Position numbers and translations under genes: made by a program
The notes under the pieces: model-generated
What the model was told of the DNA's origin: nothing
The model's database searches: none
The model's input: only the letters and a program-made list of their open reading frames with translations
Assembly (NCBI GenBank): GCA_965645245.1
Contig: OZ287080.1
Span: forward strand, 744,001-808,000
Direction of reading: 5' to 3'
Length of the DNA: 64,000 nt
DNA from: Massalongia carnosa
Taxonomy: Eukaryota
Shown here: positions 9,901 through 21,321 of the stretch, one piece after another
How positions within the stretch are numbered: the stretch's first letter is position 1
Layout: each line of letters begins with the position of its first letter

Positions 9901-12791
9901 AACATTCTGACAATTGTCAAAGAACTACCTGTAAGATTTTCCCTTTCGGTAAAGGGCAAAACGAAGAGAAGCTAAGAACTTGCAGAAGTCATCCCCTATG
10001 GAAATTGAGTATTCTATTATTAAGCCCAATGTGCTCGTTGACTGTCTGAGAACTACTGTTAGCCCTCAGGTACAACAAGTAGCTTTGTTGCTTTTAGCGG
10101 GGCTTGCAAGCCTGGCTCCGAAACTAGTCCTTCATAGTGTCGTACCTATTTTTACCTTTATGGGTGCAACTACTCTGCGACAAAATGATGAGTACTCAGC
10201 TTACGTAGTGGACCAGGTAGGTCAGGGTTGCTATCTCAGTGTCTGAGCTAACATACAAACTTGCAGACGATGGAGTCCGTAATCCCGAGCCTCATAGAAT
10301 CCCTACACATGGAAAAGAATGATACTGTCGTGGGAGCCTTGGATTTGATGATTAGCTTTGTAGCAGCTTTCAAGCACATTCCGGCTCAGCGACAGCTTTT
10401 TCTGTTCAAATCACTTACTGATAAGCTCGGTCCCGCTGATTTCCTATTCGCGATCCTTATACTCCTTTTGGATAGATATCCAGATGACCCAATTGTTGTG
10501 TGTTTTGCTGGCGAGCTTGCTGGCAGTTATGGTGGCGCAGTTCAACTACAGGTAATTCTGTCTTAGGCCTGCAGCCTAGATATACACATTTGACATTTGA
10601 GCAGACGGTAGACAAATTTCTATCCGTGAATCTTGATTCACTAAAGCCAAATCCTTCTATCTCCCGGTACCTAATGACCATCGAGAGATATGGAAGCGCC
10701 GAAGCCGCTATCGCCAGAATACTCCCACTTTTGAGCATGATTTTCCGGGGTAAAAGATTGATACGGACAATGATAGGGATATCAAAAAAGCAAGAGGCGG
10801 ATGCTGTTTTGATGCAGACTTTGTACACTCGTTCATTGGAGCAAATGATCCTGCTTATCACAAGATCCAATCATGACAAGACATGTGTGTCGCCTTACCT
10901 TGTAATGCATCGCTAATACTAACCGCGATCTAGTGCAGAGGACTTGTAATCAGGTTTTAGATTCATTGGTTGGGCTTCTATCGATTTCTGGGCTTGTAGA
11001 TGCACTTCGCACCCTACTTGTAAATGGTGAGGATGAGGTAAGAACTTCGCACATGGAATGAAGGCGCAGCCTAATATTGCTAGGTTCGTCAACAAATGCT
11101 TAGTTCCTTTCACCAACGTTTGCTGGCGAATATAGTCGATTGGCAGGCCTCGCAGAAGGCTTGTATATCTCTACTTCCCCAGCTAACGTCCGTAGTGAGG
11201 GATTCATCTAAATTTCCACTGAAAATAATCGCTCTAGCCTGCGTAGATTGCATTGCAGAAAAATTCGGCAAGAATGATAGTAATACTGTTCTTACAGCAG
11301 CAAAGGTTATTTACAATTGCCAAGAGCAAGGGACTGTGGACCAAAGATTTCGGATTGCATTTCTGCTCTGCCTAGCAACCATGATCGAAGTTCTTCAAGA
11401 CGTGATCCTGCCACTAGTGCCACTGGTCCTTCCAAAGGCGATGGAGTACCTAATTACTAGTATTAATGAAGACCCGAGGGACGGTCAGCTTCATAATGCG
11501 GCATACTCTTCGATATGTGCGATGCTTCTCTATATTCCGTGGATCATTCCAGACAGCGCTTTAGAGCAAGTGTTGCGGATATCATATCAGTCTGCAAATG
11601 GGAGGATGGGGGAGGACTGCGACAACAGCCGTCTTGAAGCTCTTGAGCTTGTTGCAAGACAAGTTAAGCCACAAAAGCTTTTTGCTGCAATGTACCAGTC
11701 CTGGAAAACTGCAACGAGTGAAGGTTCCAAAGTGAGTTTATAGGAAAGCTATATAAGGAGTCACTCTAATTTATATTAGGCTGTCAAAGAGTATCTTGAG
11801 ATACTCTGCCGTGTTGTTGAGCAACAACCGAAACTACTTATTATAAAGCAATCTGAAATTCTGACTAATATTCTGATTCAAGCGTTTGACCTAAGGCACA
11901 TCCAAATCTCGTTGCAACCAAATAACAGGTTTGAACTCAGCGAGATTGAAGAGGCCGAAGCTTTTATATTCAAACTAGGAATCGCGATAATTTACAAGCT
12001 TAATGATGTCACCTTTAGACCAATGTTTATGAAAATATGGGAGTGGACGGTCAACCTCAGGTCTGAGAAAGGAGTGACGACATGGACATATCGCCGCACA
12101 ACCACGTATGGCTTCCTCCAGATGTTTTTCGGAACCTTCAAAGTAAGGCTTATAGCTCCATAACCTTTTTCGGAGCTAAAATAGTTAATTTTTATAGTCT
12201 GTTGTTACTAGTTATTCAGATATCATACTGGACGACGCAGTGAGTACTCTACAAGACGTCTTGATACAGGACGAAGAGTCAAAGTTGTTATGGAAAACGG
12301 TTATCACTACGTTACAAAAGTCGTTCGAAAGTGATCAAGACGGTAAATGTCACAACCTGAGAAAGACGCGGGTAAAAGACTTATTGTTTTTAGAATTTTG
12401 GCAGCTGCCTTGCCACTTTTCCCGAATATCGGAGACGCTGCTATATCAACTGAATCATGCTTCAGAGACATCTATGATTTCCGAAGTCATTCCAGCCATA
12501 ACTGAGCTAGCGATCGCGGTAGACTCAGCGAGTCATCATAAGGCGCTCAACTCGGCGATATTACAATACATGCGGTCGGACAATGTATCTATTAGATTGG
12601 CTGCGGTGCAGTGCGAGTACAGCCTTACAGTACGAATGGGAGAAGAGTGGCTTGCGTTCTTGGCAGAGATGCTACCTTTCATCAGCGAGTTACAAGAAGA
12701 CGACGATGAGTCAGTCGAGCAAGAAACGCAAAAATGGATTGTAAAGATAGAGGAAATACTCGGTGAAAGTTTGAGTCCCATGCTTTGTTGA
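6922..12791 (+). CDS. UTP10: U3 snoRNA-associated protein 10 (HEATR1/BP28). Exons 6922-7298, 7377-9930, 9986-10216, 10267-10551, 10605-10884, 10934-11037, 11084-11731, 11780-12142, 12198-12342, 12394-12791
   Basis: N-terminus MASSLSLQLAQI...SLLFDPRIAAVQDFDTIF...KAIEWLVRRFR. BP28CT motif YKLNDVTFRPMF. C-terminus GEEWLAFLAEMLPFISELQEDDDESVE...IEEILGESL. Nine GT-AG introns keep frame; spliced length 5385 nt = 1794 aa + stop. Confidence 0.95.
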
Positions 12792-12904
12792 TTGTTATCT
12801 TATAATGAAATTTCGAGTTACATCAAAACATTTCATACAGGAATCAAAAATTAAAAATATATAAAGACATATATCGTATAACGAAATTAAGTCGTGTTAT
12901 AATG

Positions 12905-14330
12905 TATGATGATGATGATGATAATTCTTATTCCGATGTGGTACCGGCCGAAGGCCGGCCCATGCGGGCAAAGCTATCTAAGTTATGTTACATGGAAAAC
13001 CTTTTTCAGGTGTAAAAACCATATCCCTTGATACCTGTCCGATGTGACACCAGGTCGACGTCGGACAGGAGACGCAGAGCGAAAATCATGTGAGAACTGT
13101 GACGCCTTGTGAGATAAGAAGGAAAAGAGGAGTGAAACTACTGTTAATTGTACAATAGTGTAGATGCCAGTGAGAATTGGGTCAGTAGACCTGTTTTCAT
13201 TAGCCAAGCAGTTAATATCTTTAGAGTTTTTGATGTTTCGGTCAGCTGTTGATAGTTGTTCGTGCCAGCGGCGCAAAACATCTGTTCTCTATTGTCAATA
13301 AGTCTACAGAACATAATTACATGTTCTGGAGTTTGTCTGTGCCAGCCACATGGGCAGGCCGGTGAGGTGACGGCGGGGACCCGTCGCTGGTAGAGGAAGT
13401 CAGCTAGACCGATCTTACCGGTGCGGATCTGTGTTGTCAGGGCGCTTTCTGCCTTTTTTAGCAGCGTGTGTATTTTCAGTCGTTTTTTGCTCAGTGGGAC
13501 TGATTGCGCTATGGAGGGTTCGGTGACGCGATTTTGATATGCGCTCCACGAGTCGTTCCAGACTTTCAGCTGTCGTGCTTTAATTGTCTGCATTTGTTTT
13601 TGACGAGCCAACGCTACTACGGAGACTTCGCGGAGATGCGCTGGGGAGGGGTCGGACCATGGTGGGTGTGCTTTGGGTGGTTGAACGATTTTTGCGTCTA
13701 TCAGTAGTTTTTTGGCCCAGGTGTGCTTCAGCTCTCCCGGAGTGGGTTTTTGAAGGCGTTTGCGACCTGCCTTGCCTTGAAGTTTGTTAACTATTTTGCT
13801 GCATGCGGAAGAAATGACCTTCGATTGACCTCCGGCTCGGAGTCGATGTCTGGCCTCCGCCTGTAGCGTGTCGAGGTGTACATCTATGGGTGCTATGTAT
13901 GTCTCTGCTTCAAGAACTGGAATGGGAGTGGCTTTAAAGGCACCGGCTATGGTGCGAAGGCAGTTGTTTTGCATAACGAAGAGCTTGCTCGTTGACGTTT
14001 TTGACTTTTTGACTTCTTTGGGCATGTGCCATACGGTTGACCCGTATGTCATGACCGGACGCACTACGGCGCTGTAAACTTGCCTTGCTTTGGTGAAGGT
14101 GGCACCCCAAGTCGATGTGGAGATTTTTGTCAATGCCATGGATTGTTTAACCATTTTCTTTTGCGTTTTGCGAACGTGCGGTCCCCATTTCAATTTGGTG
14201 TCAATTTGCAAGCCTAAGACTCTAATGTCCGTTTTTGGTTCAATTTCGGTGCTTGCAATGTTGATAGATGCAGCCATATTGAATCTTTTGGGATTTCTAG
14301 ACAAGTGAATGAGTTCGTACTTCGTCGGAC
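12905..14330 (-). mobile_element. Tad1-like LINE, 5'-truncated 3' fragment with (CAT)n tail
   Basis: ORF 13144-14304 (RVLGLQIDTKLKW, YGSTVW, CPCGWHRQTPEHVIMFC zinc finger), 3' hairpin block at 12941-12969 and (ATG)n at 12905-12922. Confidence 0.9.
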
Positions 14331-15148
14331 TAAGAATGATAAAATAGAGTTGACATCTCCTTCGTGAAGTCTCTATCCCAGTTTTCGTTCATCTCACTGG
14401 TGCGTTTTACGGCCCAAGACTATTGATGAATTCTACGATTGGGGTGAACGACGTCCCTTTCGCCCAGGTCAAACCCAGTTTACTCCTTAAGCATATATCA
14501 AGGGCGAGTCTAGCCGTAGCCCATGCGCCGGCGAACCGACGGGGTCTCGTTACGAGCGAGATAGACATTCCCTGTTCTATATACACCGACATGCGCATAC
14601 TGTCCTCTCGGGCTATGCAGACGGTCTCCGTACGGTGGCCGCCATTGCATACCACGCCTCACGGGTTTTTTACGCCCACTTCGCGTTATTCATAAAGGTC
14701 TCCCGTTTGTGAACCGACCATGTCTCGCTGGGATTTCGACCACTATACTCCTGACCAGGCAGTATAGTATCGATTTTCCGTCCCTACTAACCAAAACGAG
14801 TCGAGGACAACTCGGAGGGGTGCTCGTTTGAAATTCGTCTATTAGCTCAGGGCCTAGACTGTTATCAATTAACGGGTTCCTCGTATATTGCCCTCTTCTT
14901 GTCCCAAGGGTGTCCTATTTGATGACTAGGTTGCCTCCACCATCCCCGGTACGACTCCGGTTCGGGCCGTGTTGCTCACGGTAGCCATCAATCGGATGGT
15001 TTTCATAACCCAAATCCCTTGTATCGTGTAGGGTGTGACCCTACACTATGTGTCTATATGTTTTATTTCTTTCAGCCGGAGGGCTCCGTGTTGTAGACGA
15101 AGGAGACCCGTGTGATAGACATAGCTGACCCGTGTCGTACGTCTTTAG

Positions 15149-15856
15149 CTCTCAGCCGATGACTGCATGAAAGGACTTGAACCTTTAAGAGTATGACCGA
15201 ACGTTGTTAACGAGGTCTATGAAAATCTTATTAACGAGGTCTTCGAGAACAATATTAACGAAGTTCCGCTGAACTCTTTTCATTCGTTTTGTGATCCATC
15301 GAGGTCTACCCGTGTCAAATTCACACCATGCCCGTGTCAAAATACATTATTTTCAGCTGATGACTGCTAGAAAGGACTTGAACCTCTAAAAATATGTACT
15401 CCGATATTAACGGGGTGCAGATCTGTCTTAACGAGCCCCCGCAGAACCCCCTTCACAGGGACGTGTTATTGATTTGTGACTGTGTTTTTTGTGACTGTGT
15501 GTTTGGTGACTGTGTGTTTTTTGACTGTATGTTTGTGACTGTGTGCTTTGTACAACGTGTGATTGATGACTATGTGTTTTGTGACTCTGTGTTTTCCTCG
15601 ATTTTATTTAACAGGCCGGGCCTATTAAATGGGATATTGTTATTCTGCTCCGAGATGGAGTTTTCTTGAGGTGACAGCATTCGCCCCGGTGCCTTTACGC
15701 GTTCTGTTGATCCCAGCTGATGACTGCATGGGGAGACTTGAACTCTCAGGAGCTAGAACGCGTGTCGACTGTGCCCGGGTGGGGGATGATGCGGCTCCTT
15801 TGGTCCATATCTTCTTCCAGCTGATGACTGCATGAAGGGACTTGAACCCTTAGAAG
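15149..15856 (-). ncRNA. Candidate structured RNA / B-box motif, 4 copies: 15149-15191, 15348-15394, 15711-15751, 15814-15856
   Basis: Minus-strand pattern P1 - 5-bp stem - TTCAAGT - 5-bp stem - CATGCAGTCATCAGCT - P1', with compensatory changes among copies. The repeat is certain; an RNA function is inferred. Confidence 0.45.
15470..15592. repeat. Degenerate ~15-bp tandem repeat (TTTGTGACTGTGTGT-like), ~7 units
   Basis: Recurring GTGACTGTG with ~15-bp spacing. Confidence 0.8.
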
Positions 15857-16033
15857 CATGGTGCAGGGACGCGCGCATTCTACCCCCCGGCGGTTGGCCT
15901 TCGTATCCTCTTCCGTACGTACGTCTGCGACGCGTGTGCACGCGTTAAATTAGCATTGTTTTGATGCGAAAAGATAGGAGCAAATCTATGTTTGACGGTC
16001 GCCCCACGGTGAGGCCTTTGGCGTCTCCGTGGT

Positions 16034-16296
16034 GAGGACCGATGGTGTAGAAGGAGGAGGACCGATGGTGTAGAAGGAGGAGGACCGATGGTGTAGAAGG
16101 AGGAGGACCGATGGTGTAGAAGGAGGAGGACCGATGGTGTAGAAGGAGGAGGACCGATGGTGTAGAAGGAGGAGGACCGATGGTGTAGAAGGAGGAGGAC
16201 CGATGGTGTAGAAGGAGGAGGACCGATGGTGTAGAAGGAGGAGGACCGATGGTGTAGAAGGAGGAGGACCGATGGTGTAGAAGGAGGAGGACCGAT
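16034..16296. repeat. Perfect 23-bp minisatellite ACCGATGGTGTAGAAGGAGGAGG x11 plus partial units
   Basis: Unit starts 16038, 16061 ... 16291; no mismatches seen. Confidence 0.97.
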
Positions 16297-19200
16297 CGGG
16301 CAAGTCTACATAATAACTACATGGAAAACCTTTTGAGGAAGAAAAACCAAGTAATCCGATACTTCTATGAATACTCTCCGAGTCTCCGTCGAGAGATCTT
16401 CCTAAAGAACAGTTGACCGATGAAAAGTTAAAGAAAAGAATCGACGTATTTAATCGCCAATTGTCAATGATATAAATGCTGTGCTGCCAGTGAGAACTGG
16501 GTTGGTAAGCCGGTCTTCATTAACCAAGCGGTGACTAGTTTCATCGCTCTAGATGAGTCAGTAATGAGTCGATAATTATTTGTTCCTATGGAGCGTAACA
16601 TTGAATTTCTGTTACTGTTGAGTTTGCAAAACATGATTACATGTTTCGCGGTTTGTTTTGGCCAGCCACATGGACACTTCGGTGTCAAGACGTCGGGAAC
16701 GCGACGTCTAAATAGGAAGTCGGCTAGACCTATCTTTTCTGAGCGTATCTGAATTGTTAGAGCGCTTTCTGCTTTGGCTAAAGTTTCGTGTAATTTGATG
16801 CGTTTTTTTGTGAGTGGGGCTGCTTGTGCTGGAGTAGGCGTAGATGTGAGGTTCTGATATGATTTCCAAGAGGTCTGCCATGCGTCTGTATATCGTTGTT
16901 TTTATTTTGCGATTATTTTGCCTTGAACGGCACGCGCTTCTTGGATGTCTCGAGCTGTATTTATGGGGTTTCGGCCCATGGTGGGTTCGCTACCGGCATC
17001 AGGCTTTTTTGTGTATCCGATGTTATTTTCTTGGCCCATGCATATTTCAGCGTTCCCGGAGTACTCGCAGGAGCTAGCTTTCGTCCAGCCCGTCCTCTGA
17101 GTTTGTTTGCAATGGAGTTGCATGCATTGATGATGAATTTCTTTTGACCTCCCTGACACAAGCGATGTCTAGCCTGAGCCTGAAGTTGATCTAGATGTAT
17201 ATCAATTGGGGCTATGTACGTTTCCGCTTCCAGTACCGGTATGGGAGTCGCCTTAAATGCCCTAGCTATAGTTCGTAAGCAATTATTCTGTATGACGGCT
17301 AGCTTGTTTGAGATGCCGTTCGATTTTTTTATGTCCTTTGGCGTGTGCCATAAGGTAGAACCATACGTCATGGCCGGACGGACTACGGCGGTGTATACTT
17401 GGCGGGCTTTTGGAAAGGTGGCGCCCCATGTGGAGGTAGAAAATTTTGTCAGTGCCTTGGATTGTTTTGTCAATTTTTCCTGGATCTTTCTGACGTGCGG
17501 ACCCCATTTCAATTTTGTGTCGATTCGAAGTCCTAAGATTCTAATGTCCGTTTTTGGTTCTATGATGCTGTTTTCTATTCTAGTGATAGTAGACATGTTG
17601 AATTTCTTCGGATTTCTTGACAAGTGTATCAGTTCGTACTTTTTCGGTGCAAAAACTGATCCGTGTCGAGTAGCCCATTTTTCGCATTTCTTGTGAATTT
17701 CCTCCAGCGTTTTGCAGTTTTCTTCCGTGCTTTTCCCATATGCTAGTACGTTTATGTCGTCTACGAAACCTAAGGCGCTCGTGTTTGTTCCGGGTCTTTC
17801 ACATATGTCTAACAGGTCTGCGTTATAGAATAGATAAAGGACAGGGGAAATAGGAGAGCCTTGTGGTATTCCAGTTCGTAGTTCGAATATGCCGGTGACT
17901 CGGCTATATATTGCTGGCGTGGTGCTTCTTTCGTTTAAAAAACTGTCTACCCAGTCAGTAATCCATTTTGGGATTTTCGTGTTATGAATTAAACGTCGAT
18001 GTGACACTGTATCATACGCTCCTGCTACGTCCATGCTTAATAGAGTAGCTATTTTGTCGTTGCCTTGTCCCCATACTGTGTGAATTTGTTCAGTTAACAA
18101 TTCCAGAGCAGTTTCGGTTGATCTTCCTCTTCTGGCCCCCATCCGTGAGTCCGGTAGGAGTCTGTGGGTTTCCGCTAGGTGAGTAATTTTCTTGGACATA
18201 ATAGATTCCATAACTTTGCCGAGCGTGTTCAGAAGTGCTATGGGGAAATAGGCGTTCGGAGCCGTATAGTCGTCTTTGTCTATCTTTCTCAGTGTGATTG
18301 TATTTGCGGTCTTGAATGCGCGTGGATGATATGCCTGATCTATGCATGCTTGAAATAAAGGAGTTAGTAAATCGGACGGCTTTTCGGAGCACGCCTTTAC
18401 AATTCTGTTGGCTATTCCGTCCGGACTAGGGGCCGTGTCGGGTTTGAGTCGGCGTATCGATTCTGTCACTTCCGATCTGGTTACGATTATGGGACAGTGG
18501 GGAGGGCTAGGATAGAAAGAGCCCTCTATATCGCTGAGGTCAGCAGGAGGGGCGGGTGGGAAGAATTTCTGTTTAAGCATATCGGTTTTTCCTTCGAATG
18601 TGGATGCTATTTGCCGTCTTTGATGAGGTTAGGCATTTTTGGAAGTTCTCTTGTCTTTTCACTTTTGTCTTTTGCCCATTTGGCTAGTCGCCATAATCCC
18701 ATGGATGATTCAGTGGCTTTTTCTATTTCCTTGCGAAAAGATAGTCTTTTAGCTTTTTGAATCACTTTTTGTTTTCGGTGATTGGACTTCATGTATGTTA
18801 TCCAGTCTCAGAGGTCTCTGGAATTGGTCCAGACTCGTCTGAGCCTACGTGTTTCTTTCGTAATTACACTGCAATCATCATTCCAAAAGGGTTTAGCGTA
18901 CTTACTGGGTCTGGCCCATGGAACGGCGGCATTTATGACTTGAAGGAATTTTTGGATCGATACGGTGTACGCGTCAATTTCGGCGTGAGAACGTGGGGTA
19001 GTAATGGGGGGAGCCTGTTTTTCAGCTTCCCTCGGTTTTTCCATGTTCAATAACTTCCATGCTCTACGCTCGATGATTGTTTGAGGCTCACTGTCAAGTG
19101 TTATTCGGGTCGAGATTGGTATGTGATCAGATGACTGATTGAGTTCAGGTCTTGACATGCAGTGTTCTAATCTTTCGGTTAAATTCTCCGACATGAATAC

Positions 19201-21321
19201 AAGGTCGATTGTGCTGAACGATTGTCTAGCCTCCCATGTGATAGTGCCTTTTGGTAGCGTTAGTGATAGACTGGACTCTTCAATTATGTTTAACAGTTGA
19301 TCTGCGCCCGCATGTTGCGTTGTTCTGGACGGATCGTTCCAAAGGGGATGATGTAGGTTGAAGTCGCCTAACAAAATGTGATTTGATCCTGTCGTTCACT
19401 GACGTTTTACAATCGGTAAAGTTGACGGACTGTCTATAGAGGAATAGGAAGCCGGGGAAGGATTGTACACGTTATGAACGTGAATCACTTCTGATGTTTC
19501 TCCAATTTTTGTGCGTATTATTAGGGTGTACATGTCTGCCGACGGGAATTCTACTTCCCAACTATCGGGATCAATTGAGTCATTGATGTAGAAAACATAC
19601 TCTTGTGTCTCTATTTGGACGATATAATAGGTGAAATCCACTTTGATGAGAGCTTAATGTGGTAGGAGCAAAGGGATTGCGCCAGGGTTCTTGAATAGCG
19701 ATAATGTCATAATCCTGAGTGTTCAGGTCTGCTAAGAGGGGTAACATAGTACTCACTGTCATTTCTGACGTTATACTGTAGTATGGAGAGAGAGTTTGTG
19801 TTCCTCATAAGACGTCCATGGAGTTGACTTGAGAGGTCGTGGGGGCGGCACTAGTTGACGCATTTGCATTGAGGATAATGGGAGCTGTAGACTCACCTCG
19901 GGGCCTAATTGGTGGCCTACCTACGATTGGTTTTGCGAGAGCCTTCGCCATGTTCTCTGGGTTCATGATACCGGTGTCAGCCTAGGTTGTTCCGATTCTT
20001 GGAGGAATGGGAGGCGAATCCGGAGGTGTTACGATTTTCCGCTTTTTGCTGCTTGCGTTGTTTGTGTTTGTGTTTGTGTTTGTGTTCATGATTTCGCCTT
20101 GAAAGCTGAACGGGGCTGGTGCGAGGGCGACAACTGAGAAAAATGGGACCCGATTTTGCATGGCCTTGTCTACTTTACGTTTTTCTGATTTCCTGATTTC
20201 GCAAGATGTAGACCATGCTTCATGTCCTTTCTCATTGCATGCAGCACATCTTCGGTATCTACCCGTTGTTTCCATGTTGCATTCTGCGCTAGGGTGGCCC
20301 CCGGCGCAGTAGCCACAGGTGGTAGGGTTTGGGCATGAGCGACCAATGTGACCGTATTTGTGACAGTTGAAGCATTGCGTCATAGTGCATCCCTTGGTGA
20401 ACCTTTCGCAGTCTTTGATTTCGTAGTCGACAATGAGGCCTGCGGCTATGATCCGGTTGGCCGTTTCGGCGGTTGCGACTTCCATGTGTAGCGTATAGTA
20501 CGTCTTTTACTCTCTTATAGCTTTAATGGACCAGGCTATTTTCTTGATATTCAGGTCTGGATGCAGGCGTGCATTAGCGGTCTTCAGGTATCCTATGGCT
20601 AGTGATTGGTTCGCAGTTTTGATGTGTTCAACCTTGACCCCGTTTACTCTGACAGAGTACGTTCGTGTCTTTATTGCCGCAGATTCGGCTATCTTTTGGG
20701 TCCATTCTGAGTTCTCTTGTAGAGCCTTTTTAGCCTCTGGAGATTCGGTGTGAATTTTCAGGTCTCCACTGATAAGCCGTGACACTCCCCAGATCCCTTC
20801 CATCTCTGCTTGTAGTGTCTCCACGAGATCTTTAGTGGTCATGTTCTTTAGTTTGTCTTTGTCCGTTTCTTCAGATACGATGATGGTGATTTCCATAGCC
20901 TTTCGCACTTCTTGAGGCGAGAGCTCATTGCGTTTTAGTGGTGCGGTAGGTTTAGTGCGACGTGGATCGGTGAAGCCTCGATGGCCTGGCCTCTAATTGC
21001 AGCAGCGGCGTAGTTGTTTGCTTTTGTGGTTGGTTTTGTGCTTTCGATGCGAGCAAGACTTTGCTGAATTTCTCTTAGGGTGTTGTTAAGGGTGGACGGT
21101 GTTTTATCGTTATCATTGTCAATATTCCTTTGATTTAGGAGAAATTCTCTCACTTCCTTCAGGACCTCGGTCCCCTTCGGTTCCCCCCCATCTCCTACTC
21201 CTGTGAGGTAGTCCATGATTCTAGACAGCAGATGATCCCTCTGCTGTGCGTGTGCGACTGCGAATGAGTTTGTTTATTGAGTGTTCATATTTCAAGATAA
21301 CCATTATGACTATATTATTAT
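16297..21321 (-). mobile_element. Near full-length degenerate Tad1-like LINE (ORF1 ~21288-19810, ORF2 ~19808-16464) lacking its own 3' terminus
   Basis: ORF1 CCHC knuckles (QCFNCHKYGH, CGYCAGGH, CAACNEKGH); APE (IAIQEPW, GDFNLHHP, TIDLVF, SDH); RT (PQGSPISP, FVDD); C-terminal CPCG..H..C. Multiple stops and frameshifts. Confidence 0.93.

Larger units (their letters stand above)
14331..16033. other. Unclassified island with internal dispersed repeats and no recognisable ORF
   Basis: No domain motifs in the translations inspected. Repeated words TTAACGAGGTC and CCCGTGTC, four structured motif copies and a 15-bp tandem. Confidence 0.6.

Noticed and set aside
7398..12781. Many short ORFs overlapping UTP10, and the similar ones inside pol genes
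   Set aside because: Antisense or off-frame shadows, or exon pieces of the same gene.
15394..15669. Cys-rich ORF (CDCVF repeats) as metallothionein or effector
   Set aside because: Translation of the 15-bp tandem repeat; no signal peptide or other support.
15149..15856. Hammerhead ribozymes on the plus strand (CTGATGA...GAAA)
   Set aside because: GAAA is GAAG and GGGG in two copies, stem II cannot form, no unpaired cleavage base fits the stem I register, and the conserved C-A mismatch favours the minus strand. Not fully excluded without an assay.
15149..15856. tRNA genes
   Set aside because: Only a T-arm is present; no D-arm, anticodon arm or 7-bp acceptor stem in tRNA order.
16034..16296. 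CRISPR array or yeast-type 23-bp telomere repeat
   Set aside because: No spacers, eukaryotic context, interstitial position, and only the GGTGTA word resembles Candida-type repeats.
15986..16303. ORF of repeated RSSSFYTIGPPPSTPSVLLLLHH
   Set aside because: By-product of a stop-free minisatellite.
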